A DNA stretch of 64,000 nt from an uncultured candidate division Zixibacteria bacterium. Its GTDB lineage: Bacteria > Zixibacteria > MSB-5A5 > UBA10806 > 4484-95. A program made the translations under genes and the position numbers. The notes under the pieces are model-generated. The model had not been told where the DNA came from. It ran no database searches and was given only the letters and a program-made list of their open reading frames with translations. Positions 10,759 through 19,468 of the stretch are shown here, in pieces (position 1 is the first letter of the stretch; every line of letters starts with the position of its first letter). The stretch is from the NCBI GenBank assembly GCA_963668625.2, contig CAXXKA010000001.1, positions 558,701 through 622,700 on the forward strand. Direction: 5' to 3'.

Positions 10759-11637
10759 ATGACTAGTTCATTATTCGGAAGTATGCTAATTATAATAGCA
10801 ATACTCACAATACTGTCAATTAGTATTGTCAGTGGTGTTATAACCCACAGCCGAAAAATCCGTGAACAGGAAGCTAAATTCAGATTGTTGTTTAATAAAG
10901 TAAGCGATGCTTTAATAGTGTTCGATATAGATGAGAAAATCCATAGTGTAAACGAATCAGCCGGTAGTTTACTAAAATATCAAGATAAAGAGATAGTAAA
11001 ATCAAATTTAAAGGATATAATAGTAAAAGATAAGTGGCTGGAATTATCCGAGAATTTAAAAAAAGTCTTTACTACCGGTAAATCCTTTAACTCCGAATCG
11101 AGCCTTCTGGATGCCAAAGGCAATACTATCGAGGTGGAGGTTATCGGGGTAAAAATAAAACTGAAAAACAAGCAATACATTCTTACCAGTTTCAGGGATA
11201 TCACTCGCCGTAAACATGATGAAATGCAACTCAGGAAGAAACATATTGCGCTTCAGGAGGTACTGGCGCACCTGGAGGATGAGAAACTGAAGATCAAGCA
11301 GCAGGTTGCTAAGACAGTAGATCAGGTCTTGATGCCGACGTTGAACAGAATAAACAGCAGCCAGACTAGTTCAAATCAGGGCTATTTTGATGTGTTAAAG
11401 AATGGTCTTGAGGAACTATCAAGCACCTCGAGTACGATCGTGCAAATTTACTCGAAACTGACACCGAGAGAGATCGAAATCTGCAATTTAATCAAAAACG
11501 GCTCGACCTCCAAAGAGATCGCTCAGACTTTAAACATCTCAATGTTAACTGTAAATAAACATCGAGAAAGAATAAGAAAAAAACTGGTAATCTCCAATAA
11601 AAGCATAAACCTAACCTCTTATTTGAAAAGGTTATAG
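10759..11637 (+). CDS. membrane-anchored PAS domain / LuxR-family (GerE HTH) transcriptional regulator
   Basis: N-terminal TM (MLIIIAILTILSISIVSGVI). PAS (FRLLFNKVSDALIVFD...SFRDITRRKHDE). C-terminal LuxR HTH LTPREIEICNLIKNGSTSKEIAQTLNISMLTVNKHRERIRKKL. Confidence 0.85.
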   Translation: MTSSLFGSMLIIIAILTILSISIVSGVITHSRKIREQEAKFRLLFNKVSDALIVFDIDEKIHSVNESAGSLLKYQDKEIVKSNLKDIIVKDKWLELSENLKKVFTTGKSFNSESSLLDAKGNTIEVEVIGVKIKLKNKQYILTSFRDITRRKHDEMQLRKKHIALQEVLAHLEDEKLKIKQQVAKTVDQVLMPTLNRINSSQTSSNQGYFDVLKNGLEELSSTSSTIVQIYSKLTPREIEICNLIKNGSTSKEIAQTLNISMLTVNKHRERIRKKLVISNKSINLTSYLKRL

Positions 11638-12151
11638 CATAAGTATCTCGTACGTATATGTACGTAATACGAACCTTATCTTTGCCGCATTGACTATCTC
11701 GAAATAAGTCCTATATATATTATAAATGCAAAATAAAACTGTTTTGCGAATAGCTGAGAAAGTTTAGAACTCTAATTTCTGATTAGAGTGAAAGTCCCAT
11801 CTCTTTTTGGTGATAGGGGGGCTTATTTCATCCTCTTCGTGGACTAGTTGTTCGTTAATTACGTAACAATAGCCGCGATAAAATAAGCCTCTCTATTCTT
11901 TTTTAATACCTGCATACGTTATAAGTACTCTATATACTACCATTGACAATAAAATGAATACACGATGTTAGTAGAACTGTTAATCCCCGATATCATTTAA
12001 GTCTTGAAATAATATAGATATAATAATAAAATCAGCTCTGGCTATTTTATGTATGTCGTTGGCCTGTAAAACAAAAACGAAACTAAAAACTAAATATTTC
12101 GTAAAAGGGGAAAGAAACAAGCGATAAATCCGCCTCAAAGGAGGTAAACTT

Positions 12152-13894
12152 ATGAACAAGCTCATGATCAAGACGGCAATAGTAATTGCAGCGTTCGTGT
12201 TAGGCACAGTTTCCTCATGGGCAGAGGTTTTGATAAAACTTGATAACCCGGAGTATGATAATATTAAGGTAACGGGTTTTGAGTTAGAAAAGCCAGGCAA
12301 CATTGAAATAGAGGCGGTTGGATTAAGCCTGAGATATCAGGATGATCTTAATGTGTATGCCTGGATTATCGATCATGATACACGAGAATTAGTTTGGACG
12401 ATGAAAGAACGTCGAGCAGACAGGATTCGCGGAAGTAAAGTGCTTTACGAAGAGAAACTGGATCAATATTTCGATAAAGGTAAATATGAAATTTACCTTT
12501 TTACCAGTGATTTTTCCTTTTCTAATATCTCTATTCATGGTACGGGTGATTTTTTCGAGTTTTTGGGGGATATTTTTAGCGATGATTATGACAGGGAATG
12601 GGATAAATATATCGAGGATTGCCATGTCCAGTTATCATCGAATGATATCTCTAAAAGTGATTTCAAGGAGTTTGATGCCAACGGCGATCTGCCCGGCGCT
12701 CTTATTAAATACAATCGAGTAGGTGATTCCGAATATATCTCGACTGGAATTAGACTTGAAAAGCCGATGTCATTAAAAATCTACTCATTGTTCGAATTTC
12801 CCAAAGATTATAGGGATCCGGTCGATTATGGCTGGTTGGTGAATGCTAAAACTCTTGAGAAAGTATGGGAAATAGACAGATGGAACACTGATTGGGCCGG
12901 CGGTAGTAGAAAAAACAGAATGTTCAATGATGAGATCAAGCTGGACAAAGGCGATTATATACTTTATTTCGTTACCGATGATTCTCATTCATATGAACGA
13001 TTTAATGCTAATCCCCCTTACGATCCTATTAATTGGGGTATCACTATTTTGCCCGGAAAAGATTTCGATAAAGGCGCTTTCAAAACTTATGAGCCGGCGG
13101 GCAGGGGAGATCCACTGCTTGAATTAACCCGAGCTCGGGATCGTGATTTCCTCGAGCAGCCTTTCAAGATGAAAAAAGACGGTGTTATTCATATCTATGC
13201 CGTTGGCGAATATTCATATAGTTCGCGTGAGTTTGCCGATTTCGGCTGGATACAAGATGCCGCCAGTGGTAAAATAGTCTGGGAAATGAGCTACCGTAAT
13301 ACCGACCATGCCGGTGGAGCTAAGAAAAACCGCAAATTCGACGGCCAGGTCGAGCTGAAAAAAGGCCAGTATATAGCTTATTATTCCACTGATGATTCGC
13401 ATTCGTACCGTGACTGGAACGATTCACCGCCGTTCGATCCTAAAGCCTGGGGGCTTGCCATTTACGCGGGACCTGATTTTGATAAGAAAAATTTTGAAAA
13501 GATATCCCAAAAGGATCTAACCTCGAATTCCAATATCCTGGTTAAAATGGTGATGGTTCGGGATGGCGAACGCCGGCGCGAGAAATTCACGCTGGATAAG
13601 CAGTCGCGTATTCATATTTATGCCATAGGCGAGGCCGATCGCGATGAGATGTATGATTACGGCTGGATCGTCGATGATCGCACCAATCGCTCGGTTTGGG
13701 AAATGACCTGGAGAAATACCGAACCTGCCGGCGGAGCTCGAAAAAACCGTCTATTCGATGACGATATACTGCTTGATCCAGGTACCTACGAGGTATATTT
13801 CGTCTCCGATGGCTCGCACTCGTTCAACGATTGGAATGCCTCTAAACCTCGCGATCCGATTAATTGGGGTATTACGGTCAGTAAATCAGAATAA
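12152..13894 (+). CDS. secreted protein built from four tandem copies of an unrecognised domain
   Basis: Signal peptide MNKLMIKTAIVIAAFVLGTVSSWA. Four internal repeats carry GW(I/L)..(3-6 aa)..VWEM...AGG..KNR.F......G.Y..Y...D.SHS...WN..P..DP..WG. RBS GGAGG. Confidence 0.85.
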   Translation: MNKLMIKTAIVIAAFVLGTVSSWAEVLIKLDNPEYDNIKVTGFELEKPGNIEIEAVGLSLRYQDDLNVYAWIIDHDTRELVWTMKERRADRIRGSKVLYEEKLDQYFDKGKYEIYLFTSDFSFSNISIHGTGDFFEFLGDIFSDDYDREWDKYIEDCHVQLSSNDISKSDFKEFDANGDLPGALIKYNRVGDSEYISTGIRLEKPMSLKIYSLFEFPKDYRDPVDYGWLVNAKTLEKVWEIDRWNTDWAGGSRKNRMFNDEIKLDKGDYILYFVTDDSHSYERFNANPPYDPINWGITILPGKDFDKGAFKTYEPAGRGDPLLELTRARDRDFLEQPFKMKKDGVIHIYAVGEYSYSSREFADFGWIQDAASGKIVWEMSYRNTDHAGGAKKNRKFDGQVELKKGQYIAYYSTDDSHSYRDWNDSPPFDPKAWGLAIYAGPDFDKKNFEKISQKDLTSNSNILVKMVMVRDGERRREKFTLDKQSRIHIYAIGEADRDEMYDYGWIVDDRTNRSVWEMTWRNTEPAGGARKNRLFDDDILLDPGTYEVYFVSDGSHSFNDWNASKPRDPINWGITVSKSE

Positions 13895-13932
13895 ACAATC
13901 TCTCACCCTCCTTGTGGCTTTGCCATAGACCT

Positions 13933-13961
13933 AGCCCGGTACGCGCCGGGCTTTGTTATTT
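13933..13961 (+). terminator. Rho-independent terminator after the four-repeat protein gene
   Basis: AGCCCGG-TACGCG-CCGGGCT followed by TTGTTATTT. Confidence 0.7.
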
Positions 13962-14010
13962 ATATTAAAAGCCACCGGTTCTGTGACCGGTAGCAGTTTA
14001 ATGATATGTC

Positions 14011-14038
14011 TTGACGAAATCCTCCCATCAGTTATATT
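14011..14038 (+). promoter_or_regulatory. sigma-70-type promoter candidate for 14091..15719
   Basis: TTGACG (14011-14016), 16-nt spacer, TATATT (14033-14038). Confidence 0.5.
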
Positions 14039-14090
14039 CGAATAGAGCAGGATGGTGTGATTTGAATCTTATCCGAGGAATTTGTTAACT

Positions 14091-15719
14091 ATGATTAAAA
14101 AAATATTCGTAATTGCTCTCATATTGGCATGCGTTGGCGCCGCCGGAGCTACAATAATTAATGTGCCCGATGATTACCCTACTATCCAGAGTGGTATTAA
14201 CGCCTCGGTTGACGGCGATACGGTATTATTGGGTATAGGAAGTTATGCCGAACATATAAATTTCAATGGCAAAGAAATATTACTTACCTCGGGATACCTG
14301 TTTAGCGGGGAGGATGACGACCGGATTCTGACCGCTCTCTGTGATAGTACGATAGAAGAATCACTGGTAAAATTTGATTCGGGGGAAAGCAGCAACTCCA
14401 TAATATACGGGCTCACACTCGCCCACGGGCGCGCGATGTACGGCGGCGCTATCTGTTGCCGTAACTCCAGCCCAACGATAGCAGAATGCGATATAGCATT
14501 CAATGAATCCATGGGATTCGGCGGAGCTATTTTCATCGAAAACGGTTCCCCCGTGATAAGAAATAATTACATTCTCTATAATCATGCGATAGATTGCGGC
14601 GGCGCCATGTACCTCTTAAACAGCGATGCCGAGATTAGAGATAATAAAATCAGCCTGAATACAGCCGATGAAAACGGCGGGGCTTTGTATCTCTGGTATT
14701 CCAATCCGGCTGTCGAAAACAATTTATTTCCCGCCAATGAAGCAGGCGACAGGGGAGGTATGGCTTATCTCTGGTTCTCCGATCCGCTTATCATGAATAA
14801 TACCGTACAATATAACCTGGCCCAAAGATACGGCGGCGCCATGTATATTTACGCCTCTGCTCCGCTAATTTATCGAAATAATTTCGAGGAGAACAGCTCA
14901 ATCGAAAGAGGCGGCGCGATATTCGCCTGGTACTCCGATCCCATCATTAAAAATAACGTGATTGCCGGGAACAGCTCGGCTCTTTGCGGCGGAGTATATA
15001 TTGGAAATAACTCCAATGCCGAGGTGATCAACAATACCATAGTATTGAATACCGCCGAAAGAGGCGGCGGTTTCTATAGCTGGGGATGCGATCCTGTTCT
15101 GGAAAATAATATTTTCTGGTATAACCGGGCCGAGATCGGTGCGCAGATTGAGCAGGGCACCGATACCAACCCGATAGTACGTTTTTGCAATGTCGAGGGC
15201 GGCTATGAGGGAGAGGGTAATATCGATTCCGAACCGTTGTTTCGGGATACCCTTTCATACGATTTTCATCTGATGGATACTTACTGCGATGATCCTTACG
15301 ATTCGCCCTGTATTGATGCAGGCAATCCTGATATTGCCGATGACACGCTTGATTGTAACTGGGGATTGGGAACGATCGCTAGTGATATTGGAGCTTTTGG
15401 CGGTGGTAATATCAATGTCGGAATAGAAGATAATGATCCTCAAACGATTCTCCCTGCCCGGATGGATATCATCTGTAATTACCCCAACCCGTTTAACGGT
15501 TCGACCGTTATATGCTTTCAGCTATCGCAACCGGGTGATATCGAATTGTCGATTTATGATATTCTTGGGCGCAAGGTGGAGTGTGTTCGTGAAGAACATG
15601 AGGCAGCCGGAACGTATACGATTACCTGGCTGGCTGACGGCAAGCCATCCGGGATATACTACGCACGACTGAAAACCTCGAAGAGCATGTTCTCGACATC
15701 AATGATTTTACTGAAGTAG
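14091..15719 (+). CDS. right-handed parallel beta-helix repeat protein with T9SS C-terminal sorting domain
   Basis: Signal peptide, then repeated N..(4-6 aa)..GGA(I/M)(Y/F) beta-helix turns. C-terminal NYPNPFNGSTVICFQL...IYDILGRKV...GIYYARLKT. ATG 14091 preferred over TTG 14082 (RBS GAGGAA). Confidence 0.85.
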   Translation: MIKKIFVIALILACVGAAGATIINVPDDYPTIQSGINASVDGDTVLLGIGSYAEHINFNGKEILLTSGYLFSGEDDDRILTALCDSTIEESLVKFDSGESSNSIIYGLTLAHGRAMYGGAICCRNSSPTIAECDIAFNESMGFGGAIFIENGSPVIRNNYILYNHAIDCGGAMYLLNSDAEIRDNKISLNTADENGGALYLWYSNPAVENNLFPANEAGDRGGMAYLWFSDPLIMNNTVQYNLAQRYGGAMYIYASAPLIYRNNFEENSSIERGGAIFAWYSDPIIKNNVIAGNSSALCGGVYIGNNSNAEVINNTIVLNTAERGGGFYSWGCDPVLENNIFWYNRAEIGAQIEQGTDTNPIVRFCNVEGGYEGEGNIDSEPLFRDTLSYDFHLMDTYCDDPYDSPCIDAGNPDIADDTLDCNWGLGTIASDIGAFGGGNINVGIEDNDPQTILPARMDIICNYPNPFNGSTVICFQLSQPGDIELSIYDILGRKVECVREEHEAAGTYTITWLADGKPSGIYYARLKTSKSMFSTSMILLK

Positions 15720-15801
15720 CGTTAACCATAAGGCTATTGGCTTATCGTATAGTTACCACTATTCTTATTATATATGTAGTAAACAATATACGAAAAAAAA
15801 C

Positions 15802-15830
15802 TTGACATGATATGTCGCTTGTTCTAATAT
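15802..15830 (+). promoter_or_regulatory. sigma-70-type promoter candidate with a long leader before 16160..17035
   Basis: TTGACA (15802-15807), 17-nt spacer, TAATAT (15825-15830), preceded by an A-tract. Confidence 0.5.
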
Positions 15831-16159
15831 TGACGATATAAATAGCAGCAGTAGAATTATCATCCATGTTGTAGTTGATGTATTCCGGTAATTGTTTGCA
15901 TCACGGGATTAGATGGGGGAACAATATTGATCTGGAACACTTATTAGCTTAAAAGAATATAATTAAAATGTTAAGGTATTTCTAGGAACATTATCACAAC
16001 CGTTAGTATTAATAATGAAAAAGAGCTTAATCGGAATTTCCAGTTTCCATGAAAGGAGGGTATCACCCCGAGTGTTGTACGAAACGCCGATCGGTGTTTT
16101 AAATTTGATGTAATTTCTTTAAAATTAAAAGCACGAACCCAAATTTGTAAGGAGGGGTT

Positions 16160-17035
16160 ATGCACAAGAAAATTTTAGCTCTACTTATTTTAATTCCATT
16201 TAGTTTATCCTTTGCTAATTCAGTTGATATTTGGTTCGGCGGCCAATTTGATGGTTTTGCCTGGAATGATGTGATGGAGGTTACTCCCGGCCAGTGGATT
16301 GATATCCCGGTGTACGCCATGGGTAACAGCGATGATATATACCTTGCAGATATGACGCTTCCGTTGGGAATCAATAAACAGTACATCGATAAATTCAGCA
16401 TAGAGGACAGTCGAGCGCTGGAGCCGCTCTCAGAATGGGATGTTGCGGTATTTGCCAATGAAAATGATGAGTTCGAGGAGGGTTGGTCGAGTCTTTCGTT
16501 CTTAGGATTCAGCCAGATTTACTCCAAGGATTCTCCTTATGCCCATTTCGAGACTCCGACTAAGATAATGACATTCAGGGTTCATATCATCGATGATGAG
16601 AACCTGATGAACGAGATGGCCCCCAACGCTATTTCCCAGGGTATGGATATCCGTCAAAGTACCGCCAACATGGGCAATCCAACCGGCGATATAAGTTTCG
16701 AGGTCAATCAGCATTTCGCCAGTTTCCTGTTCAGCCCGGCCACCGCTATCGATGACCTGGTGGAGATACCCGATATGTATTTCCTTTCGGAAAACTACCC
16801 GAATCCTTTCAATCCGACGACGTTGTTCAAGTATGGTATACCCGAGGCGGCGCATGTAAATATAGAAATTTACGATGTGCTGGGACGCAGGGTCGAGACG
16901 CTGGTCGATGAGGATCAAGAAGCCGGTTACCATCAGGTTACATTCGATGGCGACGGTTATTCCTCCGGCATGTACTTTTTCAAAATGGCGGCCGGTGATT
17001 ATAACGAAACCAAGAAGATGACTCTAATCAAGTAG
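16160..17035 (+). CDS. secreted protein: single IWFGG-type module + T9SS C-terminal sorting domain
   Basis: Signal peptide MHKKILALLILIPFSLSFA. C-terminal NYPNPFNPTTLFKYGIPEAAHVNIEIYDVLGRRVETLVDEDQEAGYHQVTFDG...GMYFFKM. RBS AAGGAGGGG. Confidence 0.85.
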   Translation: MHKKILALLILIPFSLSFANSVDIWFGGQFDGFAWNDVMEVTPGQWIDIPVYAMGNSDDIYLADMTLPLGINKQYIDKFSIEDSRALEPLSEWDVAVFANENDEFEEGWSSLSFLGFSQIYSKDSPYAHFETPTKIMTFRVHIIDDENLMNEMAPNAISQGMDIRQSTANMGNPTGDISFEVNQHFASFLFSPATAIDDLVEIPDMYFLSENYPNPFNPTTLFKYGIPEAAHVNIEIYDVLGRRVETLVDEDQEAGYHQVTFDGDGYSSGMYFFKMAAGDYNETKKMTLIK

Positions 17036-17061
17036 AGATGGGATTTCTTACCATTCGCTTT

Positions 17062-17090
17062 AAGGCGGTGCATATGTACCGCCTTTTTTT
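17062..17090 (+). terminator. Rho-independent terminator after 16160..17035
   Basis: AAGGCGGTGCATATGTACCGCCTT followed by a T run. Confidence 0.85.
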
Positions 17091-17314
17091 ATGCTAGAAA
17101 CCACCGATTCGCCCGGTGTGTAGGTTTTAAGCAAAGCATAGTATAGTATAGTGGCCCCCAGACGATTTCGTCTGCTGCTTATGGGTAGCATGTTGGCAAA
17201 TGGGGTAGATGGGGAGAGGCTGTCCCAGGATATTTCAGATAAAACGTAACTGCTATGACCAGCCTCAGCTATACGGTTTATTGGTAGATCACGTTTGGAA
17301 TACTGTTTGATCCA

Positions 17315-17345
17315 TAAAAAAAGGCGCTCAACGAACGCCTTTTTG
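17315..17345 (-). terminator. Rho-independent (bidirectional-looking) terminator after the DUF3467-GH57 operon
   Basis: The plus strand reads AAAAAAAGGCGCTCAACGAACGCCTTTTTG. On the minus strand the stem is followed by T7. Confidence 0.8.
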
Positions 17346-17369
17346 ATCATATTCTATTTATCATTCCAA

Positions 17370-19082
17370 TTACGGAAATTCGACCCTCTCGAACCATTTC
17401 AGATCGATATCCGGGAACAGGTCATCCTGTTTTTTCAGCTCATTGACGAATTCCAGTTCGCCCTCGGATAAGCCGCCGTTATATTTTTCCACCATCTCGT
17501 TCAGACGCTCGAAATAGTCGAAGTGACGATGCAGGCGAAGTTCGGCGTAATCACGAGCCGCCCAGGTGGAGATCAAGAATTGCCAGTCGGAGGCCGCCAG
17601 GAGCATGAACTCGCGCGCCGCCTGCTTGCCGATTTCGGTAAGCTGGTCATCATTGCGCTCGAGGCATTTTTTCGCGATATTCTGAATCTGGATTTCATAC
17701 TTGTAAATATGTTTCCAGGTCCATTCGGTGTTTTTATTCAGCCATATATAATGATAGCCGCCCTCACCCCATGAACCCTCGGGCAAACTGACTACCTTGG
17801 TAGGTCTGACCATATCTTTGTAGTTCGAGCAGGTAATCGCATCGAACTCCGGTTCCTTGCTGAGATTGCTGATAACCTCTTTAATGAATCTGACACCCTC
17901 GAACCACCAGTGACCGAACAGCTCGGCATCGAAAGGAGCGCAGACTAAACCGGGTTGCTTTTTATCCTTATAATATGAGTTGAGCGTGGTCTTGACCAAC
18001 TCGACGAAATGTGCGGCGTTTTCGGGTACGCGACTTTTCGCCAGCTCGGGATTGTACATCTCTTTATCAGCCAGGTCGGCTTTAGCCGAGGTTACGCGCC
18101 AATAGCGATGGCCTCCGGGGAAACGTTTCTTGTGGAAATCGAGATATTGGCCATCCCCGGGGTAACCCCATTCGCCAGACCATACCTGCAAACCCGTATC
18201 GGGGTCGCGGGTGAACACCGATACCGGCGCGCGGTCGGGACGAGAACCTACCAGGTAAACTTCTTGCGGAGTTTTCTCGGGTTCCTCATCACGAGGATGG
18301 AACTGTTTCTCGAACTGTCCCCATAATGTTTTTAAGGCGTCGAACCTGTCGATATAAACGCCTATTGCCTTGCCGCCTTTTAGTGTGGCCGAATCGACCA
18401 CGAAATACTCGATGCCGTTTTCGGATAGAAACTCTTCGACACCTTTGCGATCGTAAGGACCGGTGAGGCCCTCGACCTCTACCGGCGGAGTCCAGGGGTA
18501 GGCCGGACGGTAGGCGCATTCGGGCAGCCATATACCGCGCGGTTTGCGTCCGAAATGATTCTCGTACGATTGAACCGCCTGTTTGACCATCACCTGGCAC
18601 GAGGTATCCTGCGATAGCAGCGGCATGTAACCATGTGTTGCCCCACAGGTCATGATCTCGAGATGCCCCATGTCCTGAAGACGCTTGAATTCCGCTATCA
18701 GGTTGTGATTGTAATGCTCGTAGGAATCGCGAATCATCTTGAAATGGTCACGCCACATCTCGGCGATAGGGATATACTCTTTCTGGTCGAATTTATAAAA
18801 CTCCTCGATATCGTTTTCGGCGGCCTCGATTTTCTGCTTGAGGTAGCCGGTAAACTCATCAACCAGGGTGGGATGAGCCAATTGCTCGCACAGAACGGGG
18901 GAGATACCAATAGTAATACTCATCGGGATGCCCTCGGCGGCCAGTTCGTTGGCGGCGTTGAGAATCGGGATATACGTCTCGGCCGCGGCCTCATTGAGCC
19001 AATCCGTACCGTGAGGCCATCTACCATGCCCCAGCACGTAAGGTAGATGAGAATGTAAAACTAAGCTAAAATAACCTTTCAT
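17370..19082 (-). CDS. glycoside hydrolase family 57 1,4-alpha-glucan branching enzyme
   Basis: N-terminus GYFSLVLHSHLPYVLGHGRWPHGTDWLNEAAAETYIPIL and overall length match the GH57/DUF1957 branching enzymes. Confidence 0.9.
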   Translation of the reverse strand: MKGYFSLVLHSHLPYVLGHGRWPHGTDWLNEAAAETYIPILNAANELAAEGIPMSITIGISPVLCEQLAHPTLVDEFTGYLKQKIEAAENDIEEFYKFDQKEYIPIAEMWRDHFKMIRDSYEHYNHNLIAEFKRLQDMGHLEIMTCGATHGYMPLLSQDTSCQVMVKQAVQSYENHFGRKPRGIWLPECAYRPAYPWTPPVEVEGLTGPYDRKGVEEFLSENGIEYFVVDSATLKGGKAIGVYIDRFDALKTLWGQFEKQFHPRDEEPEKTPQEVYLVGSRPDRAPVSVFTRDPDTGLQVWSGEWGYPGDGQYLDFHKKRFPGGHRYWRVTSAKADLADKEMYNPELAKSRVPENAAHFVELVKTTLNSYYKDKKQPGLVCAPFDAELFGHWWFEGVRFIKEVISNLSKEPEFDAITCSNYKDMVRPTKVVSLPEGSWGEGGYHYIWLNKNTEWTWKHIYKYEIQIQNIAKKCLERNDDQLTEIGKQAAREFMLLAASDWQFLISTWAARDYAELRLHRHFDYFERLNEMVEKYNGGLSEGELEFVNELKKQDDLFPDIDLKWFERVEFP

Positions 19083-19381
19083 TGGTCCTGCCTAAATCCG
19101 ATGTTTTTGTTTTCCTGACCCATAACTTTAATCTCGCCCCATTGGTTCTCGTATTTCTTGATATTTTCCTCTAATGTTTTCAAGAGGATTTTTGCATGAC
19201 CGGGAGTCATGATAATCCGGCTGTATATCTTGGCTTTCTCCCGTCCCGGCATAATCCTGGCGAAATCAACAACGAACTCCTGAGGCGAGTTAGCGATCAG
19301 AGCGAGGTTGGAATATACCCCTTCCGATTCTTCCGGCCCGAGTTCGACATTGAGTTTGCGGGGTTGAGGTTTCTGTTCCAT
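19079..19381 (-). CDS. DUF3467 domain-containing protein
   Basis: GVYSNLALIANSPQEFVVDFARIMPG...AKIYSRIIMTPGHAKILLKTLEENIKKYE is the DUF3467 signature. 4-nt ATGA overlap with the GH57 gene. Confidence 0.85.
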   Translation of the reverse strand: MEQKPQPRKLNVELGPEESEGVYSNLALIANSPQEFVVDFARIMPGREKAKIYSRIIMTPGHAKILLKTLEENIKKYENQWGEIKVMGQENKNIGFRQDQ

Positions 19382-19468
19382 CTATATTCTCCTATTGATA
19401 CAAATCGACTTGTATGTTATCGAAATTATCTTGCTAATAGTTGTGTCATTGTAATATAATGTACGCCT

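Noticed and set aside
17060-17350. 96-codon minus-strand ORF between two convergent genes
   Set aside because: It spans both Rho-independent terminators (17062-17090 and 17315-17345), so it is unlikely to be translated. The ~225-bp spacer itself could hold a small RNA, but I see no supporting structure.
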